A stretch of DNA of 64,000 bases, from positions 1,373 to 65,372 of the forward strand of contig JAITEG010000194.1 of assembly GCA_031282145.1 (NCBI GenBank). Direction: 5' to 3'. Below the pieces are notes generated by a model. That model searched no databases, had not been told where the DNA came from, and was given only the letters and a program-made list of their open reading frames with translations. The position numbers and the translations under genes are program-made. Shown here in pieces: positions 1-9,422 of the stretch. Each line of letters opens with the position of its first letter. Position 1 is the first letter of the stretch. This stretch comes from Spirochaetaceae bacterium. Its GTDB lineage: Bacteria > Spirochaetota > Spirochaetia > Treponematales > Breznakiellaceae.

Positions 1-2
1 CG

Positions 3-1421
3 GCGTACAAACGCCGTTTTGGAAATGCCGACAACGCGATTGTCCGGTTTAGTGATGACAACCGGGAAGTTTCGATTTACGCAAAGAAAAAAATCGTAGA
101 CGGGGTTTATGATCCGGTTTCGGAGATAGATCTGGAAGAAGCCCGGGAGTTGAACCCCGAGGCGGAAATCGGGGATGAGCTGCTTTTAGAAGTGGATCCC
201 AAGGATTTTGACCGGATTTCAGTACAAAGCGCCAAACAGACCGCCCATCAGTCTATTCGGGAAATCCAGAAGGACAGCCTCTATGAGGAATACAAGGATA
301 AGGTGGGGGAGATTATCATCGGTTACTACCAGCGGGAACGGAACGGTACTATTTATGTGGACCTGGGCAAGGTGGAAGGGATCCTTCCCAAAAAATACCA
401 GTCCCCCCGGGAAGTTTACCATGTAAATGATAGGATCAAGGCCCTGATCACCGAGGTTAACAAGACCCCCGCGGGACTTCAGGTGGTACTTTCCCGTACC
501 CATACGGATTTTGTCCGGGCCATCTTTGAGCTTGAAGTACCGGAGGTTTACGACAAGACCGTGGAGATTCACAAAATAGTCCGGGAGCCGGGGTACCGTA
601 CTAAACTCGCGGTTTATTCCAACCGGGAGGATGTGGACCCGGTGGGGGCCTGTGTGGGTCTCAAGGGAGTGCGGATCCAGGCGGTGATCCGGGAAATGGA
701 AGGGGAAAAGATCGATATCCTTAAATACGATCCGGACCCCCGGCGGTTCATTAAAAACGCCCTGTCCCCGGCGGAGGTTCGGGATGTGGTGATCTTGGAC
801 GAAGGAAAACACCAGGCCCTGGCGGTGGTCAGTGATTCCCAGCTTTCCCTGGCCATAGGGAAGCAAGGACTGAATGTACGTTTGGCAAATCGTCTGGTGG
901 ACTGGAATATAGACGTTAAAACCGATGCCCAGTTTGAGGAAATGGATATATCCTCCGAATCCCGGCGGGCGGTTTCCGAACTTTTTGGGGATCCCGAATC
1001 CTATGATGAGGAAATCTCCCGGATTATAGAATTGCCCGGGGTGGATTCCGTGGTGGCCGAAGCCCTTCTGACCAATGAAATTGATTTTATCGAAGATTTT
1101 CTTGCCCTTTCACCGGAGGAACTGGGTAATATCCAGGGGGTTACCCCGGAACAGCTTGAAGTTCTGCGTAAACTCATTGAAGATAATGTTGAAATTGTGG
1201 AAGAAGATGAAGAAGCGGCAGAAGCCTTGGAGCAAGGGGGCTTTTCCGATGCTGGTCCTGAGGCTGGGGGGGAAAGCCCTTCGGGAGAAGCGGAGGAGGA
1301 AGATAATTTGTCCGAGGTGGAGGAATATGAATGTCCTGAATGCGGGGCTAAGATAACGGTGGATATGACAAGTTGTCCGAATTGCGGCATTGGGTTGAGT
1401 TTTGAATATGAGGATGAATGA
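3..1421 (+). CDS. nusA: Transcription termination/antitermination factor NusA (5' end outside the window), with a C-terminal CxxC...CxxC zinc-ribbon tail
   Basis: The frame is open from position 3 (AYKRRFGNADN...). S1 and KH motifs are present (REPGYRTK, DPVGACVG, LAIGKQGLNVRLA). It lies directly upstream of infB. Confidence 0.97.
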   Translation, partial: AYKRRFGNADNAIVRFSDDNREVSIYAKKKIVDGVYDPVSEIDLEEARELNPEAEIGDELLLEVDPKDFDRISVQSAKQTAHQSIREIQKDSLYEEYKDKVGEIIIGYYQRERNGTIYVDLGKVEGILPKKYQSPREVYHVNDRIKALITEVNKTPAGLQVVLSRTHTDFVRAIFELEVPEVYDKTVEIHKIVREPGYRTKLAVYSNREDVDPVGACVGLKGVRIQAVIREMEGEKIDILKYDPDPRRFIKNALSPAEVRDVVILDEGKHQALAVVSDSQLSLAIGKQGLNVRLANRLVDWNIDVKTDAQFEEMDISSESRRAVSELFGDPESYDEEISRIIELPGVDSVVAEALLTNEIDFIEDFLALSPEELGNIQGVTPEQLEVLRKLIEDNVEIVEEDEEAAEALEQGGFSDAGPEAGGESPSGEAEEEDNLSEVEEYECPECGAKITVDMTSCPNCGIGLSFEYEDE

Positions 1422-1485
1422 GAAAATGCGTGGCATTTTCCGCATAGTTCCCAAGTATCAGTAATGGCATGAATAAAGGTGGATC

Positions 1486-4077
1486 ATGGCTGAGGAATTA
1501 GATAGTACCCAAAAACTAAAGAAAGTTGAACTCATTAAACACGTGAGAAGTGATCATGACCCTCAGGAGGGGAAGGGCAGTTCCGGGGGGGAGCCCGGGG
1601 AACGCCGCAAGGTGGTGGTGGTTAAGAAAAAAAGCGCACCCCTTGCGGCGCCGGGAGCCGCGAAAAAGATTCAGCCGAAGATCGTGGTGGTACCGACTTC
1701 GGTGGAACCGGGACCTGAAAAAGAAAGCGCCCCCCCGGTTTCCGAAACCGGCGGAACCAAGGAAAATGCTCTGTCCCCGGAAGGGGCGGTAAAAAACATT
1801 TCCCCGGCGCGGAGCGAAGATCCGCAGATCACCTCTTTCCCCAATACCCAGCGGCCTGCGGTGGCTGTGGGCCGGGTGGGGGGCCGTCCGGTGGGGCCGA
1901 GACCCCCCCGGGACGAGGGACCCCGTCCGCCCTTTTCCAACCAGCGTTCTCCCAGCGGACCGGGCAGGCCGGGGGGCAGGCCCCCGGGACTGCGGCCCGG
2001 GGGCGGAGATAACCGGCCCGGTTTTCAGGGCGGTTATCGGCAGTTTGGGAGCGGCGCTCCTTCCCGGCAGGGGGGAAACCGGCCCGGCGGCGGACCCGGC
2101 CGTCCCGGAGGCTTTACCGGTCCCCGGCCCCAGGGTCCCCGGCCGGGCGGTTCCCGAACCGGGCCGGGTTTGCCTCCGCCTCCCCCGCTGGGCGAGGGGA
2201 AGGGGCCGGTAAAAAAGTCCTTTAAGGCAAAAAAGGCGGTTTACCAACGAAAAGAACAGGAAATGGAGGAAAAGCTCCTCCAGACCAAAAAAAAGATCGC
2301 CCATATAGCCAATCCGGTTCCTAAATCCATTGATATTATGGAGGTGATATCGGTTTCGGAACTGGCCCGCAAGATGAACCTTAAGGCATCGGACCTGATT
2401 CAGAAGTTGATGAGTATGGGGATGATGGTAACCATAAATCAGCAGATCGACGCGGAAACCGCCACGATTTTAGCGGCGGAATTTGGGGCGGACGTAAACA
2501 TAGTCAGCCTCTACGATGAGACCGTGATCGAGACCGAAACCGACGATGATGCATCCCTGGTCCCCCGGCCTCCGGTGGTTACCGTCATGGGCCATGTGGA
2601 TCATGGTAAAACCAAACTCCTCGACGCCATTCGGAGCGCCGATGTGGTTTCCGGCGAATTCGGCGGTATCACCCAGCATATCGGGGCCTACACGGTGGAT
2701 ACCATCTATGGGGGCCGGATTACCTTCCTGGATACCCCCGGACATGAGGCCTTTACCCGGATGCGGGCCCGGGGCGCTCAGGTAACGGATATTGTGGTAC
2801 TGGTGGTTGCCGCCGATGACGGGGTGATGCCCCAGACCATTGAGGCCATAAACCACGCCAAAGAAGCCGGGGTTCCCATCATCGTGGCGGTTAATAAAAT
2901 GGATAAACCCGAGGCCAACCCCGATAAGGTGAAGAGTCAGCTCTCGGAGCTGGGACTGATGCCCGAAGACTGGGGGGGGCAAACCATGTTTGTGGAACTT
3001 TCCGCCCTCAGGAAGGAGGGGATCGATAAACTCATCGATGCTATCCTGCTGGAAGCGGAAATTTTGGATTTCAAAGCCAATTATAACCGGAATGCCGAAG
3101 GAAAGATCCTGGAATCCCGGATAGATCACGGCCGGGGTATTGTTGCCACCGTCATCGTCCAGCGGGGAACCCTGGCAATCGGGGATTCCTTTGTAGCCGG
3201 GATTTGGCCCGGAAAGGTACGGGCCCTTTTCAACGATAAAGGGGATAAGGTTGATAAGGCTACCCCTTCCATGCCTGTGGAGGTCCTGGGTTTTGAGGGG
3301 ATCCCCGATGCGGGGGACCCCATCCATGTGGTGGAAGATGAACGGATAGCCCGGGGCATTTCCTCAAAACGGCAGGAGCTTAAACGGTTTGAGGACGCCA
3401 AAAACATCAAAAAGATCACCCTGGACAACCTCTATGATACCATCAATGATGGGGCGATTCAGGAACTCAAGGTGATTATTAAAAGCGATGTTCAGGGTTC
3501 CGCCGAGGTACTCCGGTCAAGTTTGGAGAAACTTTCCAACAACGAGGTGCGGCTTAATGTGATTCAGGCCCTTCCGGGGGCCATCAACGAAGGGGATGTG
3601 GATCTGGCCATCGCTTCCAATGCCATTATTATCGGCTTTAATGTGCGGCCCGTACCCAAGGCGAAGATCCTCGCGGATCAGGAAAAGGTGGATATCCGTA
3701 AATACAATGTCATCTACAAGGCGGTCGAAGAGATCCGCCAGGCCATGGAGGGGATGCTTAAACCCGATACCAAAGAGGAAGTGATCGCTTCCGTAGAAGT
3801 GAGGGAAACCTTTAAGGTGCCGAAGATCGGTATCATCGCCGGATGTTATGTCCTTACCGGAACGGTTAAGCGGAACGCCAGTGTTAATATTATCCGGGAG
3901 GGCATTGTGGTGCATACGGGAAAAATTAGTTCCCTCAGGCGTTTTAAAGACGATGTCCGGGAAGTCGCGGCGGGTTATGAATGTGGTATGGGTATCGACG
4001 GATTTGACACCATCCAGGTGGGGGATCAAATCGAAGTTTTTGAATTGGTAGAAATTGCCAGGAAGTTCGGTTCTTAA
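1486..4077 (+). CDS. infB: Translation initiation factor IF-2
   Basis: G-domain motifs [17 protein letters not shown] and NKMD; C-terminal [12 protein letters not shown]; Pro/Gly/Arg-rich N-terminus. Confidence 0.99.
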   Translation: MAEELDSTQKLKKVELIKHVRSDHDPQEGKGSSGGEPGERRKVVVVKKKSAPLAAPGAAKKIQPKIVVVPTSVEPGPEKESAPPVSETGGTKENALSPEGAVKNISPARSEDPQITSFPNTQRPAVAVGRVGGRPVGPRPPRDEGPRPPFSNQRSPSGPGRPGGRPPGLRPGGGDNRPGFQGGYRQFGSGAPSRQGGNRPGGGPGRPGGFTGPRPQGPRPGGSRTGPGLPPPPPLGEGKGPVKKSFKAKKAVYQRKEQEMEEKLLQTKKKIAHIANPVPKSIDIMEVISVSELARKMNLKASDLIQKLMSMGMMVTINQQIDAETATILAAEFGADVNIVSLYDETVIETETDDDASLVPRPPVVTVMGHVDHGKTKLLDAIRSADVVSGEFGGITQHIGAYTVDTIYGGRITFLDTPGHEAFTRMRARGAQVTDIVVLVVAADDGVMPQTIEAINHAKEAGVPIIVAVNKMDKPEANPDKVKSQLSELGLMPEDWGGQTMFVELSALRKEGIDKLIDAILLEAEILDFKANYNRNAEGKILESRIDHGRGIVATVIVQRGTLAIGDSFVAGIWPGKVRALFNDKGDKVDKATPSMPVEVLGFEGIPDAGDPIHVVEDERIARGISSKRQELKRFEDAKNIKKITLDNLYDTINDGAIQELKVIIKSDVQGSAEVLRSSLEKLSNNEVRLNVIQALPGAINEGDVDLAIASNAIIIGFNVRPVPKAKILADQEKVDIRKYNVIYKAVEEIRQAMEGMLKPDTKEEVIASVEVRETFKVPKIGIIAGCYVLTGTVKRNASVNIIREGIVVHTGKISSLRRFKDDVREVAAGYECGMGIDGFDTIQVGDQIEVFELVEIARKFGS

Positions 4078-4080
4078 TCT

Positions 4081-4440
4081 ATGTCGGAATATAGGCTTGA
4101 ACGGATAGGACGGCTTATTCAGGAACTGATCGGTTCCCTGATAGTAGAGGGCCGGATCAAAGATCCCCGGGTGGATCCCTTTCTCTCGGTTACCCGGGTT
4201 AGGGTTTCCCGGGATCTATCCTTCGCGGATGTGTATGTCTCCGGTTACCAGACCTCCGATGGTCCCCGTAAGGGCATTGCGGGTCTACAGAGCGCCGCCG
4301 GGTTTATTCAGGCCCAGTTAAACGCCGGGATGCGGATCCGCCAAATTCCCCGGCTCCGTTTTCATGAGGATCCGGGACTGCGTGAAGGTTTTGAGATGAT
4401 AAAAAAAATCGAGGGTTTAGTGCATAATGACGGTCCTTGA
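4081..4440 (+). CDS. rbfA: 30S ribosome-binding factor A
   Basis: RLERIGRLIQ...DPRV...VSRDLSFADVY...PRLRF; canonical position after infB. Confidence 0.96.
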   Translation: MSEYRLERIGRLIQELIGSLIVEGRIKDPRVDPFLSVTRVRVSRDLSFADVYVSGYQTSDGPRKGIAGLQSAAGFIQAQLNAGMRIRQIPRLRFHEDPGLREGFEMIKKIEGLVHNDGP

Positions 4441-5365
4441 GCCCTCGGGGATATTATTGCTCAACAAACCCCCCGGACTGACCTCATTTCAATCCCTTGA
4501 TTTGGTAAAAAAAATTTTTTCTACCCCTAAGGTGGGTCATGCCGGTACCCTGGATAAGTTTGCATCGGGTCTCCTCACGGTTTTGGTGGGCAGGGCGGTA
4601 AAACTAAGCCCCTGGTTTTCGGGCTGCGATAAACATTACGAAGGGATCATCCGGTTCGGCGTTGAAACCGATACCCTGGATCCTGAAGGCCTGCCCATCG
4701 CCCAGGGACCTGTCCCCTCCCGGGAAGTCCTGGAAGAGGTCCTGCCCCACTTTCGGGGGGATATACTCCAGGCGCCGCCGGTCTATTCCGCTATCCATTT
4801 GGGGGGTAAACGGGCTTCCCAGCGCGCCCGGGAAGGAGAGTCCGTTGAGATGGAGAAACGCCCGGTGACGGTTTATGCCCTGGACCTCCGTTCCTACGAT
4901 CCCCCCCTGGCCTCGGTTCATGTCCATTGTTCCAAGGGGACTTATATCCGTTCCCTGGCCAGGGACATAGCCCTGGCGGCGGGTTCCCGGGGTCACCTTC
5001 AAGCCCTTACGCGGACCCAGGCGGCGGGCTTTTGTCTTTCCCAGGCGCTGGATTTTTTATCCCTGTCCTCCGAAGGGTTTTCCCCTATTGAAGGCTTGAG
5101 GTCCCTTGATCCGGGGGTTTTTGAAGCCCTGGGTATCCCCGTCGTTTTTGTGGACCCCCCGGTGGCGGAAAAGATAATCCGGGGTATGCCCCTGCAGCGG
5201 CTCATAAAGGAAAACGGGCTTGTTCTTCCCTTAGATTCCCGGATTAGTGTGGTGGGACTGTTCCGGTCCGGGGTAGGTACCGGCAAGGGCGGGGATTTTT
5301 TGGGAATAATTGAACAAAAGGCCGGCGGCGCCTGGTCCTATGGATATGTTTATGCGCGTGCTTGA
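4427..5365 (+). CDS. truB: tRNA pseudouridine(55) synthase
   Basis: LNKPPGLTS, VGHAGTLD, QAPPVYSA and CSKGTYIRSLARD motifs. Confidence 0.97.
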   Translation: MTVLEPSGILLLNKPPGLTSFQSLDLVKKIFSTPKVGHAGTLDKFASGLLTVLVGRAVKLSPWFSGCDKHYEGIIRFGVETDTLDPEGLPIAQGPVPSREVLEEVLPHFRGDILQAPPVYSAIHLGGKRASQRAREGESVEMEKRPVTVYALDLRSYDPPLASVHVHCSKGTYIRSLARDIALAAGSRGHLQALTRTQAAGFCLSQALDFLSLSSEGFSPIEGLRSLDPGVFEALGIPVVFVDPPVAEKIIRGMPLQRLIKENGLVLPLDSRISVVGLFRSGVGTGKGGDFLGIIEQKAGGAWSYGYVYARA

Positions 5366-6131
5366 CTGGTCCCAATTTATGGATGGCGCCCTTTTAGACG
5401 GGTCCTTTCCGGGAGGCACGGCCATGACCATCGGGGTTTTTGACGGGGTCCATCGGGGACACCAGGCCCTTATCGGGAAAATTTTTCAATGGGCCCCCGG
5501 CTGTATTCCCACGGTGATCACCTTCCGGCAAAACCCCAAGAAGGTGTTACATCCCAGGGAATACCAGGGGGATATTGTCGCCCTGGATCGGAAGATGATT
5601 ATTTTTGATGCCCTGGGGATAGAGCTGGTTATCCTGATTGACTTTTCCGGAGATTTCAGTAAACTGAATGGTAAGGATTTTATCGGTTATTTACAGAGCC
5701 GGGGAAGGTTGAAGTTTCTAGTGGTGGGTAGTAATTTCCGGTGCGGCTACGGACTTGATACGGGGGTGTCGGAAATAAAAAAACTCAACCCGGAAACTGA
5801 AGTGGTGCCCCCGGTGATGGAAGGGGGATTTTCGGTCAGTTCAAGCCGGATCCGAGGGGCAATTTCTTCGGGCAACCTGGATAAGGCGGCCGCGCTCCTG
5901 GGCAGAAAGGTGGAAATAGATCTGGCCGGATTATCTTCCCTCCCCCAGGGGGACGGTTTGTTTTACGAGGTTCGTTCCCATGACCGGATTCTGCCCCCCC
6001 CGGGGCGGTATACCGTAATTTTTTATGAACTTTATAAGAGCGGGGGACTGGAACGGGAAGTGCTGATTAAAGACGGGGGCGTGTTTATTCCGTCATTAAA
6101 CCAGGCGGATCGTATTGAATTTATAATATAG
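5352..6131 (+). CDS. ribF: FAD synthetase (FMN adenylyltransferase) with a degenerate C-terminal kinase module
   Basis: GVFDGVHRGHQ, VGSNFRCG and VSSSRIR motifs. The GxPTAN kinase motif is absent. The ATG at 5352 overlaps the truB end. Confidence 0.88.
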   Translation: MRVLDWSQFMDGALLDGSFPGGTAMTIGVFDGVHRGHQALIGKIFQWAPGCIPTVITFRQNPKKVLHPREYQGDIVALDRKMIIFDALGIELVILIDFSGDFSKLNGKDFIGYLQSRGRLKFLVVGSNFRCGYGLDTGVSEIKKLNPETEVVPPVMEGGFSVSSSRIRGAISSGNLDKAAALLGRKVEIDLAGLSSLPQGDGLFYEVRSHDRILPPPGRYTVIFYELYKSGGLEREVLIKDGGVFIPSLNQADRIEFII

Positions 6132-6276
6132 TGACGTGGTTTAAAAATAGGGCGGTTCGGAAACCCATGGTTTTAAAACCACAACACATGAGGGGTTTTC
6201 CCAAAACCATGGGAAGGGCTCTGGATTTTAGGTATTTTTAATACCCGGTGAATTGGTTTCCAAGGAGAGAATATAT

Positions 6277-6546
6277 ATGGCTTTAAACAAAGAAGATGTG
6301 ACCTCTATCATTACCAAATTCGGCAAGAATGAAAAGGATACCGGTACTTCGGAAGTTCAAATTGCCCTTTTGACCCAACGGATAAACCAGCTTACGGAGC
6401 ATTGCAAGCTCTTTAAGAAGGATAAGTCCAGCCAGCGGGGTTTGTTGATCCTGGTCGGAAAACGGCGGCGTATGTTGAAGTATATCCAGCGGACAGAGCT
6501 GGAAAAGTACCGGTCCCTTATCAAGGAATTGGGACTCCGCAAATGA
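6277..6546 (+). CDS. rpsO: 30S ribosomal protein S15
   Basis: DTGTSEVQIALLT...RGLLILVGKRRRML...LGLRK; AAGGAG SD at 6262-6267. Confidence 0.98.
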   Translation: MALNKEDVTSIITKFGKNEKDTGTSEVQIALLTQRINQLTEHCKLFKKDKSSQRGLLILVGKRRRMLKYIQRTELEKYRSLIKELGLRK

Positions 6547-6547
6547 A

Positions 6548-6580
6548 AACCGCAAAGACCCTTTGGTTTTGCGGTTCCTT
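6548..6580 (+). terminator. Hairpin after rpsO (terminator or processing stem)
   Basis: AACCGCAAAGACC / GGTTTTGCGGTT inverted repeat immediately after the stop codon; the U-tract is weak. Confidence 0.5.
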
Positions 6581-6631
6581 GCTGTCTGGAACCATAATGA
6601 GGCCGGGCCGGGTCTTTTTATAGTCCCTGGG

Positions 6632-6664
6632 GCTGTTTCACAACCGGCCGGGTTTTGAAACAGC
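6632..6664. repeat. REP-like palindrome (family A)
   Basis: GCTGTTTCACAACC-N5-GGTTTTGAAACAGC; related copies at 19205, 20215, 45897 and 61958. Confidence 0.6.
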
Positions 6665-6685
6665 TTTACTTTCAAAATAGGTGTT

Positions 6686-6713
6686 TTGAAAGTCCGCTTT
6701 TATGGTTTATAAT
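6686..6713 (+). promoter_or_regulatory. Sigma-70 promoter of pnp
   Basis: TTGAAA-N16-TATAAT just upstream of the AGGAG SD and the pnp ATG. Confidence 0.6.
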
Positions 6714-6727
6714 TTGGATAGGAGTAT

Positions 6728-8872
6728 ATGATTCAAAGAGTAACATTTCAAATTTCCGGTAAAGAGTTGGTTCTTGAAACCGGCAGAATCGCAAAACAGG
6801 CCAATGGGGCGGTTTTTGCGCAATACGCGGGTTCAGCGGTGATTGCTACCGTTTGTTCGTCTTCAAGCGCCGTGGAAGGGCTGGATTATGTCCCCCTTAC
6901 GGTGGATTATAACGAAAAGTATTACGCCGCCGGAAAAATCCCCGGGGGCTTTATCAAGCGGGAGAGCCGCCCTAAGGATAAGGAGATCCTCGTATCCCGG
7001 CTTATAGACCGGCCGATGCGGCCCCTGTTTGATAAGAGTTTTGGCCGGGAGATCCAGGTGATCCCCACTACCATATCCACCGATCAGGTAAATCCCCCGG
7101 ATATACTGGCGATTATCGCTTCCTCCGCGGCGGTACATATTTCGGATATTCCCTTTAACGGTCCCATCGCGGGGGTACGGATCTGTTCCCTCGGGGGGGA
7201 ACTCATCGTTAATCCCACCTACGAGGAGATTGAGAAGTCGGAACTGGAAATAGTGGTAGCCGGTACCAAAGAGGGGATTACCATGGTGGAAGGGGGCGCC
7301 GCCGAGGTTGATGAAGACACCATGATTGCCGCTCTGGAAAAAGCCCAGGGGGTTATCGGTGAACTTTGTGAAATACAGCAAAAGCTGCGGGAGCTTGCGG
7401 GGAAGGAGAAACTTTCCCTGGTAGAGACCGTTTTGGTCCTGGAAAACAAGGAGCTTATCCGGAACGCCGCCTATCCCCGGCTGGAGGAAGCTTGTTTTGT
7501 CAAGGGTAAGCAGGAACGTTCCGGGGCGATCAAAACGGTAAAGGACGATATTGCCGCTTTATACGCATCCCAGTTAGAGGACGAAATTCAGAAAAAGCTC
7601 TTCGATGCCCTTTTTGAAGATATGGAATATGAGATCCTCCGTTCTTCGATTTTAAATAAGGGACTGCGGGTGGATGGCCGGGGTACGGAAGATATCCGGA
7701 ATATTACCTGTGAAGTGGGGATCCTCCCGCGGACCCATGGGTCCGCCCTTTTTACCCGGGGAGAGACCCAGGCTCTGGCGGTTACCACCCTGGGAACCGT
7801 ATTTGATGAGCAGATCTTCGATGATATCGAAGGGGATAAGCGGGAAAATTTCATTTTGCACTACAATTTCCCCCCCTATTCGGTGGGGGAAGTGGGCCGT
7901 ATGGGTACGGGCCGCCGGGAAATCGGCCATGGCAACCTGGCCCGGCGTTCCCTGGCAGCGATGGTTCCTGCCAAGGAAAAATTTCCCTATACTGTGCGGG
8001 TGGTTTCGGAGATCATGGAGTCCAACGGTTCCTCATCCATGGCATCGGTCTGCGGCGGAACCCTTGCCATGCTTCATGCCGGGGTGCCCATGAAAAAACC
8101 TGTGGCCGGTATCGCCATGGGGCTTATTACCGAAGGCCGGGGCGGGCCTGGGGATCGGTACGCGGTTCTTTCGGATATTCTGGGGGAGGAGGATCACCTG
8201 GGGGATATGGATTTTAAGGTGGCGGGTACCGAAGACGGTATTACCGGGTTCCAGATGGATATTAAGATTGCCGGGGTCAGTCCCGAGGTGATGCGGAAAG
8301 CCCTGGATCAGGCCAAACGGGGGCGCCTCCATATCCTTTCTATTATGAACCGGACCATCAGTAAACCCGCGGCGCATATCAGTGAATATGCGCCGAAGAT
8401 CGTAACCCTCACCATAGATGTTGATAAAATCGGTGCCCTTATCGGTCCGGGGGGTAAAAATGTAAAAGCCCTCTGTGAACAGTACCGGGTTACCATCAAC
8501 ACGGATAACGACGGAACGGTTACCATTTACGGGAAAAATTCCCAGGACGCGGAAGACGCCAAGGTCGCGGTTTTGGGGATAGTTTCCGACCCGGAAGTCG
8601 GGCGTGTATATACGGGAACGGTAAAACGGATCATGGATTTCGGCGCTTTTGTAGAGATCCTGCCGGGTAAGGAAGGGCTGGTGCATATTTCAAAACTATC
8701 CCGCCAGCGTATTGCCCTGGTGACCGATATTCTGAAAGAAGGACAGGTCATACCGGTAAAACTTTTGGAAATTGATCGGATGGGCCGGCTCAACCTTTCT
8801 TATATTGACGCTATCGATCCTTCCGGGGAGGAAGGCGCCGGACCAGGAGGGCCTTCGCAGCGAAACCGTTAA
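6728..8872 (+). CDS. pnp: Polyribonucleotide nucleotidyltransferase (PNPase)
   Basis: AAGKIPGGFIKRE, RREIGHG, SNGSSSMASVCG and GDMDFKVAG motifs; KH and S1 domains. Confidence 0.99.
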   Translation: MIQRVTFQISGKELVLETGRIAKQANGAVFAQYAGSAVIATVCSSSSAVEGLDYVPLTVDYNEKYYAAGKIPGGFIKRESRPKDKEILVSRLIDRPMRPLFDKSFGREIQVIPTTISTDQVNPPDILAIIASSAAVHISDIPFNGPIAGVRICSLGGELIVNPTYEEIEKSELEIVVAGTKEGITMVEGGAAEVDEDTMIAALEKAQGVIGELCEIQQKLRELAGKEKLSLVETVLVLENKELIRNAAYPRLEEACFVKGKQERSGAIKTVKDDIAALYASQLEDEIQKKLFDALFEDMEYEILRSSILNKGLRVDGRGTEDIRNITCEVGILPRTHGSALFTRGETQALAVTTLGTVFDEQIFDDIEGDKRENFILHYNFPPYSVGEVGRMGTGRREIGHGNLARRSLAAMVPAKEKFPYTVRVVSEIMESNGSSSMASVCGGTLAMLHAGVPMKKPVAGIAMGLITEGRGGPGDRYAVLSDILGEEDHLGDMDFKVAGTEDGITGFQMDIKIAGVSPEVMRKALDQAKRGRLHILSIMNRTISKPAAHISEYAPKIVTLTIDVDKIGALIGPGGKNVKALCEQYRVTINTDNDGTVTIYGKNSQDAEDAKVAVLGIVSDPEVGRVYTGTVKRIMDFGAFVEILPGKEGLVHISKLSRQRIALVTDILKEGQVIPVKLLEIDRMGRLNLSYIDAIDPSGEEGAGPGGPSQRNR

Positions 8873-8960
8873 CCGGACCTTGAGGGAGCCGCATAGGCTA
8901 CTGCCCTGCATTATGCCGCGGATCCTCAAGGTCTGCATAATTACTTTGGGAGGGGAAATT

Positions 8961-9419
8961 ATGACGGGAAATATTAATCCGGAGATAAGGATCCATAAAA
9001 AAGATCCCCAGGCCCGGCTGCCCCAATACGAAAGTGAGGGAGCCGCCGGGGCGGATATTACCGCACGGCTTACGGAGGAACTCCTGATACCTTCCATGGG
9101 CCGGGCCTTGGTACCCACGGGACTGACCGTGGAGATTCCCCCGGGATACGAGGGACAGGTCCGTCCCCGGTCGGGCTTGGCTATCCGTCATGGGGTTACG
9201 ATTTTAAATTCCCCGGGGACCATTGATTCGGATTACCGGGGAGAATTAGGGATTATCTTAATCAATCTCGGCGCCGAGACTTTTACCGTGCGGGACGGGG
9301 ATCGGATAGCCCAGTTGATAGTCGCCCCGGTGTCGAAGGCTCGTATGCTGGAAACCGGGTCGGTATCCCCCACGGCGAGGGGAAGCGGCGGATTCGGATC
9401 GACGGGAATGTCATCGTAA
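8961..9419 (+). CDS. dut: dUTP diphosphatase
   Basis: AGADI, RPRSGLA, GTIDSDYRGE, RIAQL and RGSGGFGSTG motifs; GGGAGG SD before the ATG at 8961. Confidence 0.97.
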   Translation: MTGNINPEIRIHKKDPQARLPQYESEGAAGADITARLTEELLIPSMGRALVPTGLTVEIPPGYEGQVRPRSGLAIRHGVTILNSPGTIDSDYRGELGIILINLGAETFTVRDGDRIAQLIVAPVSKARMLETGSVSPTARGSGGFGSTGMSS

Positions 9420-9422
9420 AAG

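Noticed and set aside
1850-2200. Gly/Pro/Arg repeats in infB
   Set aside because: A low-complexity N-terminus is typical of IF-2.
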